Shown piece after piece: positions 1 through 13,541 of a stretch of 64,000 nucleotides of DNA. Origin of the DNA: Takakia lepidozioides (Eukaryota > Plantae > Bryophyta). The DNA lies in the NCBI GenBank assembly GCA_030704615.1, contig CM060732.1, forward strand, positions 57,970,001 to 58,034,000, read 5' to 3'. Position 1 is the first letter of the stretch. Every line of letters starts with the position of its first letter. Position numbers and translations under genes: made by a program. The notes beneath the pieces were generated by a model, which saw only the letters and a list, made by a program, of their open reading frames with translations, made no database searches and was not told where the DNA came from.

Positions 1-1990
1 ACGCACCAGCATTTTGAGTCGCATTGATCTTGATCAGTTCCAAACCAGCACCAAAATTGACGCCCTCGTAATTTCTCACCGTCTCTTCATTTTTTTCTCT
101 TTGACCTTCTGTCAGTATCACCTAGATGTTGCTCCCAGCTCTAAAAACTTTCTAACGCCGCTTCTTTTCCAGAGTCTGCTGTGTTCAATCCCACAGCCTG
201 CTCCGCAAAACAGGTGGTGTACTGTGACTGTGTCTTCAAGATACATCGGAGGGAAGGCTGACATGGAACAGTCAGTGGGTGATATCATTCTGTCTGATGA
301 AGAAAACGGAGGCTGACTATTGGTGCTTTTGTATGTTGTACAGAGAGAGGAAGTCAACCTGATGCTGCAGAGGGATTCAGCAGCTAAGGGCATTGTGTTC
401 AGCCAGTTCACTTCAATGCTGGACCTAATTGGTTTTTGCCTTCAGAAGGTAGGCGGAGTGCTTATATGGTCCTGGAATCTGGTTCCGTGTTGATTCATAT
501 TCTATAGTTATCAGTGGGGAGCACTATCTGCAGTGTTTAACTAATTTGAGTACTTCAATCTGATGAGGGTGGGCCATTTTGGGGGTGAGAAATGATCCAG
601 TCAGGAATCAACTGTGTCAAGTTGGATGGAAGCATGAGTATGATGGCGCGGGATAAGATGATTGAAAGTTTCACCCATGACCCTGATTGCAAGGTAATCG
701 GTTCTCCTTATGTAGCGTAGGGGACTCGTCATGGAGACCCCCCTGGTTTTGGAGTACAATATATTCTTTCAAAAGACGCAAATGAACTGTAGTAAGTTGT
801 TGCATGCCATGACCTCAGGTTGGCGTCTCCACTTTGCTTGCCTCGATTTCTCATTCTGTTCACTTCTGACCCTGTTTTCACATGTATCTTGAACATTGTA
901 AGCATGGCTATACAAAGAATATCCTCTTATACACATGTGCTAACTGTATTTAACTCATGCCCTTGTTTCCTCATGGAGCAATCCATCCCCTCTACCCTAG
1001 GTCCCACATTTGCTGCATGCAGGCCTATTGGTGCTCACCGGTATATGTTGTTATGTATTTCCCTTGATGTTACACTTGCAGGTGTTTCTGATGAGTTTGA
1101 AGGCAGGAGGGGTAGCTCTCAACCTGACAGTGGCATCCCATGTGTTTCTGATGGACCCATGGTGGAACCCAGCAGTGGAGCAGCAGGCACAAGACCGTAT
1201 TCATCGCCTGGGCCAGTACAAGCCCATCAAGTTGGTACCGTTTGACCTTCTTCATAGAGTTTTTCCTAACCAGCTTCATGGAAGTTTTAGTAATTCTTAG
1301 GGAGGTAGTCCCTTCTGAGGGCAGTAGAATAAATAATTCCCCGTCACCCCTGGTACTCAGTTTCCCAGATCAATTCTCCTCTTGTAGTGACGCTTAATTT
1401 GTGTGAAAATAATCAGTCAATTTTCTGACCAAAGGGTGATGGTGGGTAATGCAGAGTAACTAGATTCGTTATTGAAAACACAATTGAGGAGCGCATTCTC
1501 AAATTGCAGGAGAAGAAACAACTGGTTTTTGAAGGGTAATGAACTCTTTCCCCCCAACCCACCTTTCTCATGATGGGCAAAATATTGCCTTAGAGGTACG
1601 GGAAAAGTAACATTCTCGGTTGCCTGTGGAAAGTAATCAGAATAGAAACTGCATGTTTTACAATTTATTTGTTTGTGTTTAGAATCCCATTTGAGGGAAA
1701 TATCTTTGCTTTGCGAATATGCTGTGGGGCTATGCCCAAGACACTGGTCACGTTGGTATTTGGTGTCAGCCTGGCCTGAAGCACAGAAAATGTGTCAACA
1801 TGAAGTATTGCAATTGGAACTGGTTCATTGGCATGGATCCCCTTTGTCCAGAAATGCATAGCAGGGCACAGGTTCCGGTGTTGCTCATGATTGTTTTCTG
1901 TTTATTTGCTGATTCAGGACAGTGGGAGGATCAGCAGAGGCACTTGGGAGGTTGACAGAAGACGACTTGCGTTTTCTTTTCACAAATTAG
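1..1990 (+). CDS. RAD16: RAD16/RAD5-like SNF2-family helicase, C-terminal HELICc region (5' part outside window)
   Basis: GT-AG exons <1-67, 344-448, 601-693, 1082-1230, 1455-1535 and 1918-1990 splice in frame. Translation: ...[14 protein letters not shown]...[14 protein letters not shown]...VKLDGSM...[71 protein letters not shown]...[10 protein letters not shown], which matches the RAD16-type C-terminus. Confidence 0.93.
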
Positions 1991-3169
1991 AGCAAGGTAT
2001 CTCTAGGTGGCCCTTGCTCCCTTTCTTTTTCATAGCAGATACATTCCAGGGAGGTCTGTAACTAGATCCATTGATGCCAGTGGAACTCGGAACTGTTTCA
2101 AAAGCCAGTTCTGATGGGAACAGGTGTATCATCTCTGTTTGGTAGATACGATTACTATCCCCATGCTGATCATGTATCACTGTCAGACACCCTTTTGAAA
2201 AGTAGCTGTTCTTACCTTGGAGATTTACTTGCGGGAGAACTGTCCTTTACACAAGGCAACTGTGCCAATTACCCAAATGCCATCTGCTATTGCATGCGGA
2301 TGGGGTTGTCTCTGCTACAGGCTGATTTCTCAAAACTCTTTTTGTGACTCTCAACAATGTTCTCCACTAACGATTCCATGCACAGGTGGACAAATCTCAA
2401 AACTCTTCAGCTAGGGAAAAAGGACTTGAGGGCAAGGTGGAGATTGGACAGCACAGAGGTGGGAAGGTGGATGACATTCTCTAAGCAGACGTGTGTGCTT
2501 GGCTTGGCACCAACAAATGGTGGGCTGGAATGGGCTGAGACAAAAGGGGAGGATACTTATGCAGCACTCTGGCGATTGTACAGAAGATATAAAACTGGAG
2601 CAACAGGAAGTGATTTGCAGAAATTAGGTCAGGCTCTAGTGTCAAGGTGGTGATTTACATAAAATGCCCTGCAAGCTGGCAGGGAAAATCAGTCTATGCA
2701 GTCACTTGAGGACAGATACAAGAGTGTTGAGTGTTCCACAATGTAAGGTGCAAGTGTTGTGCATGTGTCAGTACTTACTCCATAAGGTAACCTCACCCAA
2801 AACTGCTCAAATAAAAAATATGCCTATGGAAAAAGTAATGTTTTACAAGGGTTTGTTTCTTGTGTATGGGCAATGTAATTTGGAACCCATGCCCAGGGAT
2901 GCTAGAATGTGAGCCTGTGACCCAGGGACCTAGCCAGGCTCACCTCACCTTACGCCGGAAGGTACAGGCCATATCACCGTGGAATCATATGTATATCCGT
3001 GTATTTTTTCCCATTTCCATGGAAATCCATAACTTTCCAGGAGATGCCATCTTCAAATTGCAAGATCTGTATGGTGGATAAGTGCTTGTTGAAGCAGAAT
3101 GTAGTAGAGTACTTGGAATACCACCCAGCCAGTTCAATATGCATCTCAGGGCGAGTCTGATGAGAGGGC

Positions 3170-3540
3170 AAAACAGGCTGAAATAGGTCGAAGAACAAGG
3201 TGCCCTCACCACATTGTCCTTGACCTTGTGTCATGACCCATAGAGGATTTGACCCAAAAGGACCTCTTGTGTGTGATGTTTGTGTCTGTAGTGAGGTAAG
3301 GTCGGATTGGTCTCTGAGAACCACCATGGTCTAGCTGAGTAGGCAAAGATTGAAACACCCAAGCTGACTCTCCCAATAACCTTGGAAACAGCAGGAAGAA
3401 TACCAAATAATGATACTAACAGGAGCCAAGAGCCCACAACAAACTTCTTCACATCGTACATTAAGAAAAAGCCACACCTTGCGATTGCGGTTGTCCCACC
3501 ATCATGCAAATTCCAACTGTGAGAGCTCTTGCGGTACTCA
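3170..3540 (-). pseudogene. Isolated PDF-motif N-half (WWDNRNRK) plus following intron-like sequence, homologous to the cargo of the CACTA element
   Basis: The minus strand at 3501-3478 reads WWDNRNRK, followed by the donor GTGTGG. 3190-3500 aligns by eye with 24310-24660, and 3170-3195 with ~21272-21296. Confidence 0.65.
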
Positions 3541-4258
3541 TAATCTCCATCTGCGATCGGTGTGTGGAACCCCTCTGCGCTCAAGCACGCCATCATCGCT
3601 TCCCCGCGCTGCAAGACACCTTTCGAGCATTTCGGGCAGGTGCCAAAAAATTTGACGACGATGATGTGGCTACAAAATGTGGCGACAATGACCTGGCGAT
3701 GATGACGTGGCACAAAGACATCCTATTCCTGCTCTATGGTAAACTAGCTTCCGACCTTCGGTTGTCGCTAGAACTTACATCCTCTATCTATTTTTTTGAT
3801 CCCAATAATACTTATTGTGTCTTGCATGAAGAGCCTGGTCGAGCTGTGGACAGGCAATGGAATCTGGTTCCAACTCACCCTCGTTGAGATATACAACACA
3901 TCGATATTCTTGAAAATGGGTACCCAATCAAGCTTGCTATCCGTACGAGGCAAAGATTTTCAGGGATTTTTAGGGTTTCTATCGACAGACTAAAGAATAC
4001 ACAGCATGGCTGCAAATAATACAAGGAAAGTGGGTTGCTAGCAAAGAAGGTTGAAGTACCAGGCTAGCAATGCAGTAGCGAGGCTTTTGATAGCAAAGGA
4101 ATGATACCACCAATACTTAGTTGGGCTCATGGCTGTGAATTCTTAGAGGCTCACGGCTGAGTCTTTCTTTCCTCTAATTTTTTTCCCCCAAGCTCTGTTA
4201 AGGTTAGGATCACAACACACAATGGAGAGGTTTTGTCACCGAACCCACCTCGGGCAAT

Positions 4259-4903
4259 ATGGAGGAGGAGATTTGGAGCATGCTCCTTTTCGAGTTAGTG
4301 ATGGTAGTGTTGGCCCTTTTGCCATATCGAAGTCTTGTCCGCTTTAAGTCCGTTTGCAAGTTGTGGAATTCCCTCCCATCTACCACTTGTTTCCAACAAC
4401 TCTGTCAGCAGCTCCCTCTTCACGAAGAATCCTACGTCTGGTCTTTAAACAGATACGTCGTAAGCCCAGATCTTTGCATGTTGTATGCCCCCAAAACTCG
4501 ATGGTGGCACAGGATCGACCTCAAACTCCCCAAGGATAATTCACCATACACATCCCGTGCTGCAGATGGAGGGTTATTTTGCATAACGGACGAGCGGGAT
4601 GAGGGCGGTCATGATGTATCATGGTTTGTGTATAATCCTCTCTTGAACACTTTCAGACAATTGCCTGCCCTGCCTCACAATCCATCACGTTTCCAAGCGG
4701 CAAGAGTACATTTGATTGTGGATAACTGCACCAAGAGCTACAAGGTCATTGTGGTCTCATTCCAACCCTAGACGTTGGAAAACACAAATCTATGACTCAA
4801 TTTGCGAGTGTTGGACCAAGACTGGAAATATGCCAACAGTTGGCGGTCGGGACTGTTGTTCAGGAAGTGTGATATGTGGCCCTACTCTCTTTGCTCTACT
4901 TAA
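4259..4903 (+). pseudogene. F-box (F-box/kelch-like) protein pseudogene, frameshifted and truncated
   Basis: F-box motif IWSMLLFELVMVVLALLPYRSLVRFKSVCKLWN, then AADGGLFC..VYNPL..FRQLP..SYKVIV. After a frame change near 4770 it reads TQIYDSICECW. It ends at the TTAA site 4900-4903, where a repeat begins. Confidence 0.8.
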
Positions 4904-5544
4904 CCCCTAAAGGACGATGCGACCCAAACTGGGTCGGTTAGGTTTAGAAAAGTGTTTGGTTATCACTGGAGTTAAGCCTGATTTGAGCATGTTTAGGCTC
5001 ATTGGATAGGTAATCGTGTCAGCTATGAGGTGGCATTTCCCAATTCGTCATTGGGCCTGGCCCCAGCCACGTGGAACACCTAGAGTCTGCCACACTCGTG
5101 GTTTTCAGCCCCATTTTGGGCAATTAACCTGCCCTCCATCCTATGTGTCAACTAGGGTCAGGTTTGGGAGAAATTCCATGCACCCCCCACTTGCACAGGG
5201 TGGCGCGTCTCCCAACACCCTTTATTGCGCCCCATCCACCCTAAAGCGCCCCCCATTGGCAGGCAAAGGCAAAGGCACCCCCCCAAAACCCACATACCTT
5301 AGGGCTACCGGCCAAAAGGTATAGGCAGACATTGGTGCACATGGAGAAGTCATGGGCAGGGGAAAAAAAAAATCATATGAAGGGAAGCTCTGATTGGCGC
5401 GAAATTTTTTTCGTGCTTACACAAACTTGCCTACTACGGTACAACCGGAGCGATTGACAATTCAACGGTGCAGATCTTTTCACCGAATTTTCTAATACGG
5501 TTTTGTGCTTGCCCCTTTGAAATTGGGAAATTTGACCCCCCAAA
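4904..5544. mobile_element. Left end of a TTAA-targeting piggyBac-like non-autonomous element (right end not found)
   Basis: TTAA|CCCCTAAAGGACGATGCGACCC. It shares blocks with the left end of 40899-43742 (GCGACCCA..TGGG; GGCTCATT.GATAG.AATCG.GTC; GGGTCAGGTT.GG). Confidence 0.5.
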
Positions 5545-8500
5545 TTGTCTATACAAAACAGCCCACATGACTATATGCCCTCACACACTGATGATCTACC
5601 TCTGCTCCCTGATATCTTACTTATCATTTCCAACACACTGACCCAACCTTCAACCCACACCCAACACTACATTCTAGTAGGTGACTTCAATAGGGACATT
5701 GCCCTGCAGGGCCACACACATAACGGCACACTTCCCCCCGCAATAGACCAAGAATGGGCACAATTCACCCAATTACATCATCTCCGATACATATCAGCCG
5801 ACCATCACTATTTTAGGCAAAGGGGACTCAACTACTCATCCTTAAGCTTCCTGGACGGTTCTTACCTCAAAACACATAATGAGATTCATGCATACCTTAC
5901 CAGCCCATTCAAATTAAACAGCTTATGCAACTCGGACCATTATCTTGTCACTATAGCCTTTCCACCGTCCCTCATCCCCTTCAGACCCATTCCACAAGTA
6001 CAAGTCCCCCCCGCTCAATCTAGAATCTTATCTCTACTCCCCCAACGCAATATATCCGCCTTTCTAACACACTTCCATTCCATATCCACACATCTAACAC
6101 TTCAATTATCAGACATACTCACAGAGGATAACTTGAGGCATTCCCCTGATGAAACCTGGCTGGCCTCCGAAAAAACAATCAGAACTTTAATGGAAGAAAT
6201 GATCAAAAACGTCATCGTCACCTGCTCCGCCCCTACTGAGATTCCATGTAAACTACACGTTCAAAAAAAAATAGGGGCTACCTTACTCGTATACAAAACG
6301 TGCCTGGAAGCAACATCTTAACACATATCACACAATTAGACGCGCCCTTACTATCATACCCACTACTTCCCACATACACCCAGGAAATAACCGGAAAACG
6401 GACCTCGCATCCTAAGCCTAAATATTTTAACAACATGCCAAGCACTCATGCCCCCACTTGATAACCCTCACAGTATTTTGGACTGGATCGCTACTCTCTC
6501 CAAAATTGGAAGAGATACTAAAAAATAAGCTTACAATATCACCAAACAAAAAGTTGCCGACAATCACAAAAAATTTGTTTCCTCCTTTAATCAATTACTG
6601 CATGACAATCCCCAAAAAGCGCACAAAGCCATCTTTAACCCAGCCCTAAACCCGCCCATTGACTGTATCAAACACCGACACGGCCACTTGCTCACCAACC
6701 CTACGGACATTAACCATGAAATATGGTCACAAGCATCCTCCACATACACACCCACCGTTACGAACTGCATACATCCCAATGACAATTGCATATGCAAAGC
6801 TAGACACTACCCATGGCACGATATAGACGGCTTCTCCTTAGACAACAGAGGATCCCCAACAGACCATATTCTCGACCTATTCACACTCGACCTTTACGAA
6901 TCATGCCTTAAAAAACTATCTAAGTCTAAAGCCCCAGGTCCTGATCTCATCCCAAACGCCATACTTCAAGCATTGGACCCCTAACTCCACCATCTTATCT
7001 TCAAGTTCTTTCAACTATGCTACAAACTACAACAAATTCCACACTTCTGGAAACATAGCCGCACCATCTTGCTCTTCAAAAAATGTGACCCTACGGACCT
7101 ATGCAACTATAGACCTATTGCACTAGTCAACACTATATACAAGTTATTTACCAGTACGCTCACCACATTGCTTTCAAGTTATGGAGAACAACATCAAATT
7201 CTCAGCGACCCTCAAGAAGGTTTCCGCGCTACACGCAGTACCACACGACAAATGCAATATGTCATATCCGCCCTCGAAGACGCTAAACTTACAAACAAGA
7301 CATATATCTTCTATACATTGACTTTAAAAATGCTTTTGATTCCCTAGACCATGCTAGATTACTCGCTATCATGCTTGACCTCGGATACCCCGACGATGTT
7401 GTCCAACTTATAGGAAACATCTACACAAACAGTACAACTGAATACTTCGGTACATACTATGGCTTCACCCCACCCATCCCCATTCTTCGGGGTACCATAC
7501 AAGGAGACACCTTAAGCCCCTATCTATTTATTATCTTCTTGGAACCCCTACTCAGATGGCTAGCCCGCGGTAAGCTTGGATACCAATACAAGACCTCCCC
7601 CAGTGACATCTCAGCTGCAACGTATGCAAACGCTCTCGCCATACTCGCACATAAACCACAACACTTAAACCGACAGGTCAGCAAATTATCCCGATTCAAT
7701 CAATGGTCAGGCATGGAACTCAGCTTGCACAAGTGCACTATTATAGCCGCAAACACATCACAGCCGGCTCTCTAAAGATGTTATTGTCTTGCACTGTAAA
7801 CTCTATGTACACTACCAAAACACGTCCTTCCCATTTTTGGGACCCAATGAACCTACACTTATCTAGGCATCCGATTAGTTCCCTCCCTCACCTGACACAT
7901 CCAAAAAGAATCTACCTCATCCAAACTTGCTAATAAAAGCCTATCCCTTCTCAAATCCCTCATTGTCATCCGGCCCAAGCTATCAATCATTAAATCAGTA
8001 CTGCAAACCCAAATCCAATACTCATTCCATGCCGCGCCCTTCTCCCTACCCGACATCAAAAAACTGGATAAAAGCATTATTCAGCTCATTAAACGTCTAT
8101 GTGGCTTACCAACTAATACCCCTAATGCCCTCACACAACTCCCAACTGACCATTACGGAGTAGGCTCTAGCCCACTTATTATTTCATATGCTCGTACATT
8201 GGGTACACAACTCAAAGAAGCACTAAACGACCTAGGACGGCTTGGTATCATCTACCAGGGTCTCCTTAAATTCCTTGCCCTCAAATACAATGGCCTATAT
8301 TCGCTATCATCGCTACATCCACAAAGCATGCCTCCACTCTCCCACTGCGCGCACACTCCTCATCCTACGTCAAATGAAAATTAGCATACAGACCGACTTG
8401 CCAGACTACCCTAACACCTCATCACCACTAGAACAGGCATGGCTTACCAACCCTTTCCTATCACAGTTCAACACCTCCCACCCAAAGCAAAAAATCCCTA

Positions 8501-8750
8501 TCTTCACTTACTTCAAAGAGCGTTGCATCACCACCCTTACCCAACTTACCACTGCCACAGGCCACCGACTTTTAAAACCAAGTGAATTCACCCTTAAATT
8601 CTCCTGAGCCACGTCCAAAACCAGCCGTTACCTACACCACCTCCGTACCCTCTTCTGTCACCCGTCAACAGCCTGTACTCTCCAATGTGACCTTCCATGT
8701 CTTTACCACCCCCATACGGTTCAGGACCTACTCCCTCAGGTGGAACCCCA
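5545..8750 (+). mobile_element. Degenerate non-LTR retrotransposon fragment, APE endonuclease + RT (Dualen/RandI-like)
   Basis: APE motifs YMP, LVGDFN and SDHY. RT motifs KAPGPD, NYRPIAL, QEGFR, RGTIQGDTLSPYLFIIFLEPLLRWL..G..GY and YANAL (decayed YADDL). Multiple frameshifts and stops; both ends approximate. Confidence 0.85.
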
Positions 8751-10050
8751 CCATTGCTAATTCCTGGGGAGGTACTCCTATTTTGTTCCGTCCTTTCATC
8801 TCTCATGTTGTGTCCAAAGTTGAAACATGGGTGCAGGGTAGAGCTCAATGTTCCTCTTGCCTCAGAGTTAGCTGTCTGTGACAGATCTGAAAAAAAAAAT
8901 GCTCCCTCCTGTATGAAGAGAAGATTTGTTCTATTAGTCTGCCCTGTTTATACGTTTATACTGTATTTTGAAGGAGGTAAGCTCTTGTCAAAAATGACCT
9001 GTCTCCCTCCAATACAAGGAGTAGTTCTTTCAGTACCTCCCCATCCCCACTTGGCCATTGGGCCCTGTTTTACCTGAGAGTGGTCACATTCACAAACCTC
9101 ATCCCTTCCTCCTTCCTGTAAATGTCCCATTTTGAGAAGATAGCCTCCCGCATTCTTCTACACCAATCCCTCTTGGGCACAGGTCTGCAACACATTGGCT
9201 TGCTACTGTAAAGGCAGAGAAGCTACCTGCCGAATACCTTGCCAATATTTTGAGGCCTCCCAGGGCAACAGTGGTGTCCTCTACCTCCAGAATCTCTAAT
9301 ACGCAAGTTACTTCTCCTACCAATGGTGGTAAGGAAGCAAATAGATCAATTGACGTCGTTGGAAAATTTGAAACAATAAAATTTAAGCACATCTCAACTC
9401 AAAGCCTTCTAGGCACAAGTGTAGTTGGTTGTCCACTGTGGCTTATGCTCTCCATTCCAATGTTGGCCTTGTCCCCCAATTATCTTATTTCTCCCTTCTC
9501 CAACAATCTGGACTACCTTGTGCATTGACCCTCTCCTTTCGTCAGCACTCTGCTCTTTGCTCAACTTCCTTGTTAGAGCTCTGTTCGTTCTTGTGGTCAC
9601 TCCTGGGTCAAGTGCGGCCAGGAGATAGGGTAACCTCTCTTCTGTGCACCTTGTGACTTTGTGAAGTTAGCTTGCCTTCACTATTATCAGAAGGGTAAAA
9701 ACACGAAAAAAAACATGTAAATTTGTTGCAGCCAGGAAACTTTCACCCCCACTGTTCTGCAGTACTCGAGTTACTGTACCCCAGTGTGAAGACAACCTGT
9801 TCGACTATGACATTGTACTGGCACTGTCTGTCACCTCAATCTACTTGTTCTTGAAGGCCTCCGGACTTGACTGTGTTGGCTTTCAACAAAAGCAATGAGG
9901 TTACAGGTACACCTGTTCAAGGTGTTGCCATTCCTATCCGTCCTTGCTGCCACAGCTATTCAAAGCCTAGGCCAAAATCTTGGTGACATTATCAGTACAA
10001 TACAATACCGCTTTGGGCCAGCCTCCTAGCACACAGAGAACACAGACCGT

Positions 10051-13000
10051 TTACTTAATTTTTTTGCTGAAATACGACCCAAGTTTTGTGGAGAACTTCT
10101 TCTTGGCCTTCTCCTCTGAAGGGTACTTGAACTGCAAGACCTGGGCCAGTGACTCCAGTGGTTTCTGGTCTTGTGCGCCGGCTGGGTTCGAGTAAGGCAC
10201 GTACATATTCCCTGGCCTGCTTAAGGGGGCCACACCTCCACCATTGGCTGGACTCACTGCCACCCCAACAGTGCTGCCAGTCGTTTGCGTTGTGGCCAGA
10301 ACTGCTTTGCGCCGCTGTTCAGTCTCTGCCCTCCATTTCCGAAGCTCCCCTTCAACTGCTGACTTTGCAGCCTCGGCCAACTCAGCTTTGTGAATTGCCT
10401 GTCTCATTGCTGCTCGGCTAGCCTCGGCCTCATTCTTGGCTGCATCAAATTTGCTCAAGCTCTCTTGCTCACTCGCTTTTGCTACATTAGCCTGCCATCA
10501 TGATCTCAAAGTTAGTCCTGATGGCTGCATTGACATTGTTTACTGTTCATAAACCCCTAACTTCAAAACCTGTTGTCACACTAATAGGTGTATTTCACTA
10601 GTCAGAACTCTGATAGAACTTTCCAGGTCACAGTTTAGCAGGACAGGAAAACTCTTCCCTACACACAGCACAAGGACATTATTGGAGGAGAAAGAAATAA
10701 AAAAAACTCTATAATATGCACTGGAAGCCCAAAGGGAGAGAGAGAGAAGGTGGTCGACCTCATAGCTATCTCTTTTAGACAGTAGTTCTTTCTGATCTTA
10801 TGTTTAGCCTAGATGGCCATGGACTGGAAGGCTGCAGGGATTGTAGGTAGTGACAGCAGAAATACTAGGAACAAAGGAACTAACCTGAGCCATGGCTGCT
10901 GCCACTCGCTTGTTGGCTAACTCATCTGACTCTTGCAGTTTTCTGCTCAATGCCTCGTACTCTTCCTGTGAATGTGTAACCTCAAGTCCCAGTTCCTTGG
11001 CCTGTGCATCAGTATTGATTCTCCCTGTCAGTGATTTCACCTGCAACAAAGAATCACTTTCAGGTTTACTTTGCATCACTGCTGCCTGACTACCATCAAG
11101 CAACAAGCAGAGATCAGTAGTAGTCCCATGGTAGCCATAATGGTTACCAAGATGCCGGGGTCCTAGCCATGCCCTGGTTGCATTCTAGCAATACAATTCC
11201 TTGAGACAGTACAAATCCAATGCCAAACAGTCAAACTCCTCGGTCAATCAACAGCATATGAATTGCAAGCTTTGAATACACAAGCTTCAAATCATCCTAA
11301 AACAAAATGTCCAAAACAATTTACACAAGTATCCTGGGAAAACAATCTCAGTTACAATTGACAGAAATATCTGAAAATTAAAAATGAATCTGAGCAAGAG
11401 GAAGGGACTCGCACAAGTTTATTTCAAACCTCTGAGAGTGCCAGAGCCTCAGAAGCTCTTGCTGCCTCAGTCTCCCTCAATGCTGCTTGCAACCGGCTAT
11501 CTGTGGTGCTCATATGTGGCTGGATTTGCTCCAACTCTTGTTTGGCTCTGGCAGCTGCATCTCTTGCTTCAGCTGCTGCAGACTTGGATTCATCTGCTTC
11601 AATCGTCACCTGCTTGACAATCCATATACAGTTTTGAGTGGAAGCAATACTAGATACACGCAAACAAGCAAGCATAAATAGCAGCCCCCCCCCCACATCT
11701 TCACACTTGCCCTTTCTCCCCCTCTAGTCTCATAAGCTTCCTGTGGACTGTAAATCACTCTAATACTGGTCAGGTACACATTCCTTGACCTGGTGCAAGG
11801 CCTCAGTCAAGGCTGACACATTCTCCTTAGCCTTTGCAGCAGCCTCCAACTCTGCCTGTGCTTTGGTTAGCTGCTGCTCCATCTCCACAGCAGCTGTCTC
11901 TCCCTCCCTCAGTATTGAAAGCTCTGATTTGGAGTTCACCAACTCAGCCTTCAATGATGCCAGAGAGGCTGACAGCCTTGCCTCCTGCTCAGAGGCTCTC
12001 TTCAACTTCATGTTTGATTCTTCTAATTGGATGGAGAACACCCTAGCCTTCAATTAGTCAAGGGAGGACATTAGCTGTATGTTAGTGGGCACGATGTATC
12101 CAAGAGGAAAGCCCAGGATACCTTTCATCCAGGTGATGGGTGCTCTTAATCCCCTGACAAGAGGATTTCGGCTTTCACTTGGCAGGGGTTAAAAGCACCT
12201 AGGTTCGCTATGTGTGTGCCTTCCATGAATACCTCCTTGCCATGCATAAAATTGAAAATAAAGAAAATAAAGAAGGAAGTCCAGAGGGGCCGATGGAGAA
12301 AAGACCAAACAACTACAAGTGCACCCACTTTATCTGATACCTTCTCCATGGCCACTTTTGTGCCAACTGCATCGATCTTCATTCTTTCAAGATTCAAGTT
12401 TGCTTCCACCACAGCTGCCATTGCCTGCCCTTCAGCTTCCTTTGCTGCCATCAGTTCAGCACTTTTTATAGCCAACTCAGCCCTCATCTTTTCCAGCTCC
12501 TGACCAGCACTGACCAATGCTTCCTTTAAAGTCGTCAATTCTCTTTCTGCACCCATCTGTGCCTTGTTGGCCTTCTCTAGGGATTCCTGTGCTGCAGATA
12601 GCTCTTTAGCAAGCTCATCCGCTCGTTTACCTAGAAGCTCAGCTGCCGTATCAGACACATTTATATACCTTGCCACATTTGCGTTCGCATCAATCAACCC
12701 TTTCATCTCTGCTTTTAGAGCTTCCAATTCTTTCACTGCACTTGCAAGGCCTGCAACAGTGCTCGCATGCTGCCCCTTGGCAGCATCCAGCTCTGCCTCC
12801 AGCCTATTGATTTCCTTTTCCGCTCTTTCCAGATCAGTGGTTGCAGTAGACTGGAGTCCCAGTGAGTTGTCTAGCTGCACCTGCCCATCGGTGCTCAATA
12901 TCTCCTTTCCAGCTCTCTCATCAACATGGGCCGCCATGGCAGCAGCCTCAGATGCAAGCACATCTTCCAGTTTCTTTGTATTTTCTTCCAAGAGACTCTT

Positions 13001-13541
13001 CATCAGGGCGAGCTCCCTCAACGCCTCAGCCTTGCTGCTTTCAGCTGCTAATAACTGAACTTTGGACTTGGCTAGCTTATCACGCACTTGTTGCAATTCA
13101 ACTTCCAGAGTAGAGTGTTTCTGTCACATCACGGGAGATATCCAGCTATTGTGAAAAATGCCTAGCAACGTATAACATCTAAGCACCTAAATCACAGATA
13201 GGGAGTATACTTGCAGAAGTTCGACATGAAGAATGGGATGCATATTCCTTGTTGAGAACTTTGAAAACAACAAAATGACAACATTTCAATCGCCGACTTA
13301 AAGTGCTTTCGAAGAGAAGGCAGAGTCCCCTTCCCTCTTACACAGTTCCTCTCTCATTCTCTTCCCGTCATACAATTACCTCAGTATTAACATGAGAGAC
13401 ACGGGGTGTCTTCGTAGCCGCGTGTTCGCCAACCGTGCCCACTGCAACTTTGACAGGCATGCGTTCGCCAAACATGCTAACTGCATCCTTAACAGACGCA
13501 AAAGGAGCTGTTGTATCGATTTCTCCTTTCTGATCCGCCAT
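10051..13541 (-). CDS. WEB family (WEB1/PMI2-related, DUF827) coiled-coil protein, about 658 aa
   Basis: Phase-0 GT-AG exons 13541-13380, 13120-12341, 12047-11790, 11609-11430, 11040-10885 and 10491-10051. Family motifs GEIDTTAPFASVKDAVSMFGE, EAARASEALAL, EEYEALSRK, RVAAAMAQ and AEAAKSAVEGELRKWR. Confidence 0.9.

Noticed and set aside
8760-9700. Right end or transposase of the piggyBac-like element starting at 4904
   Set aside because: No matching TIR + TTAA and no DDD transposase motifs were found; the region is left unassigned.
12210-13113. Plus-strand Ser/Ala-rich ORFs
   Set aside because: They are antisense shadows of the WEB coiled-coil exon.
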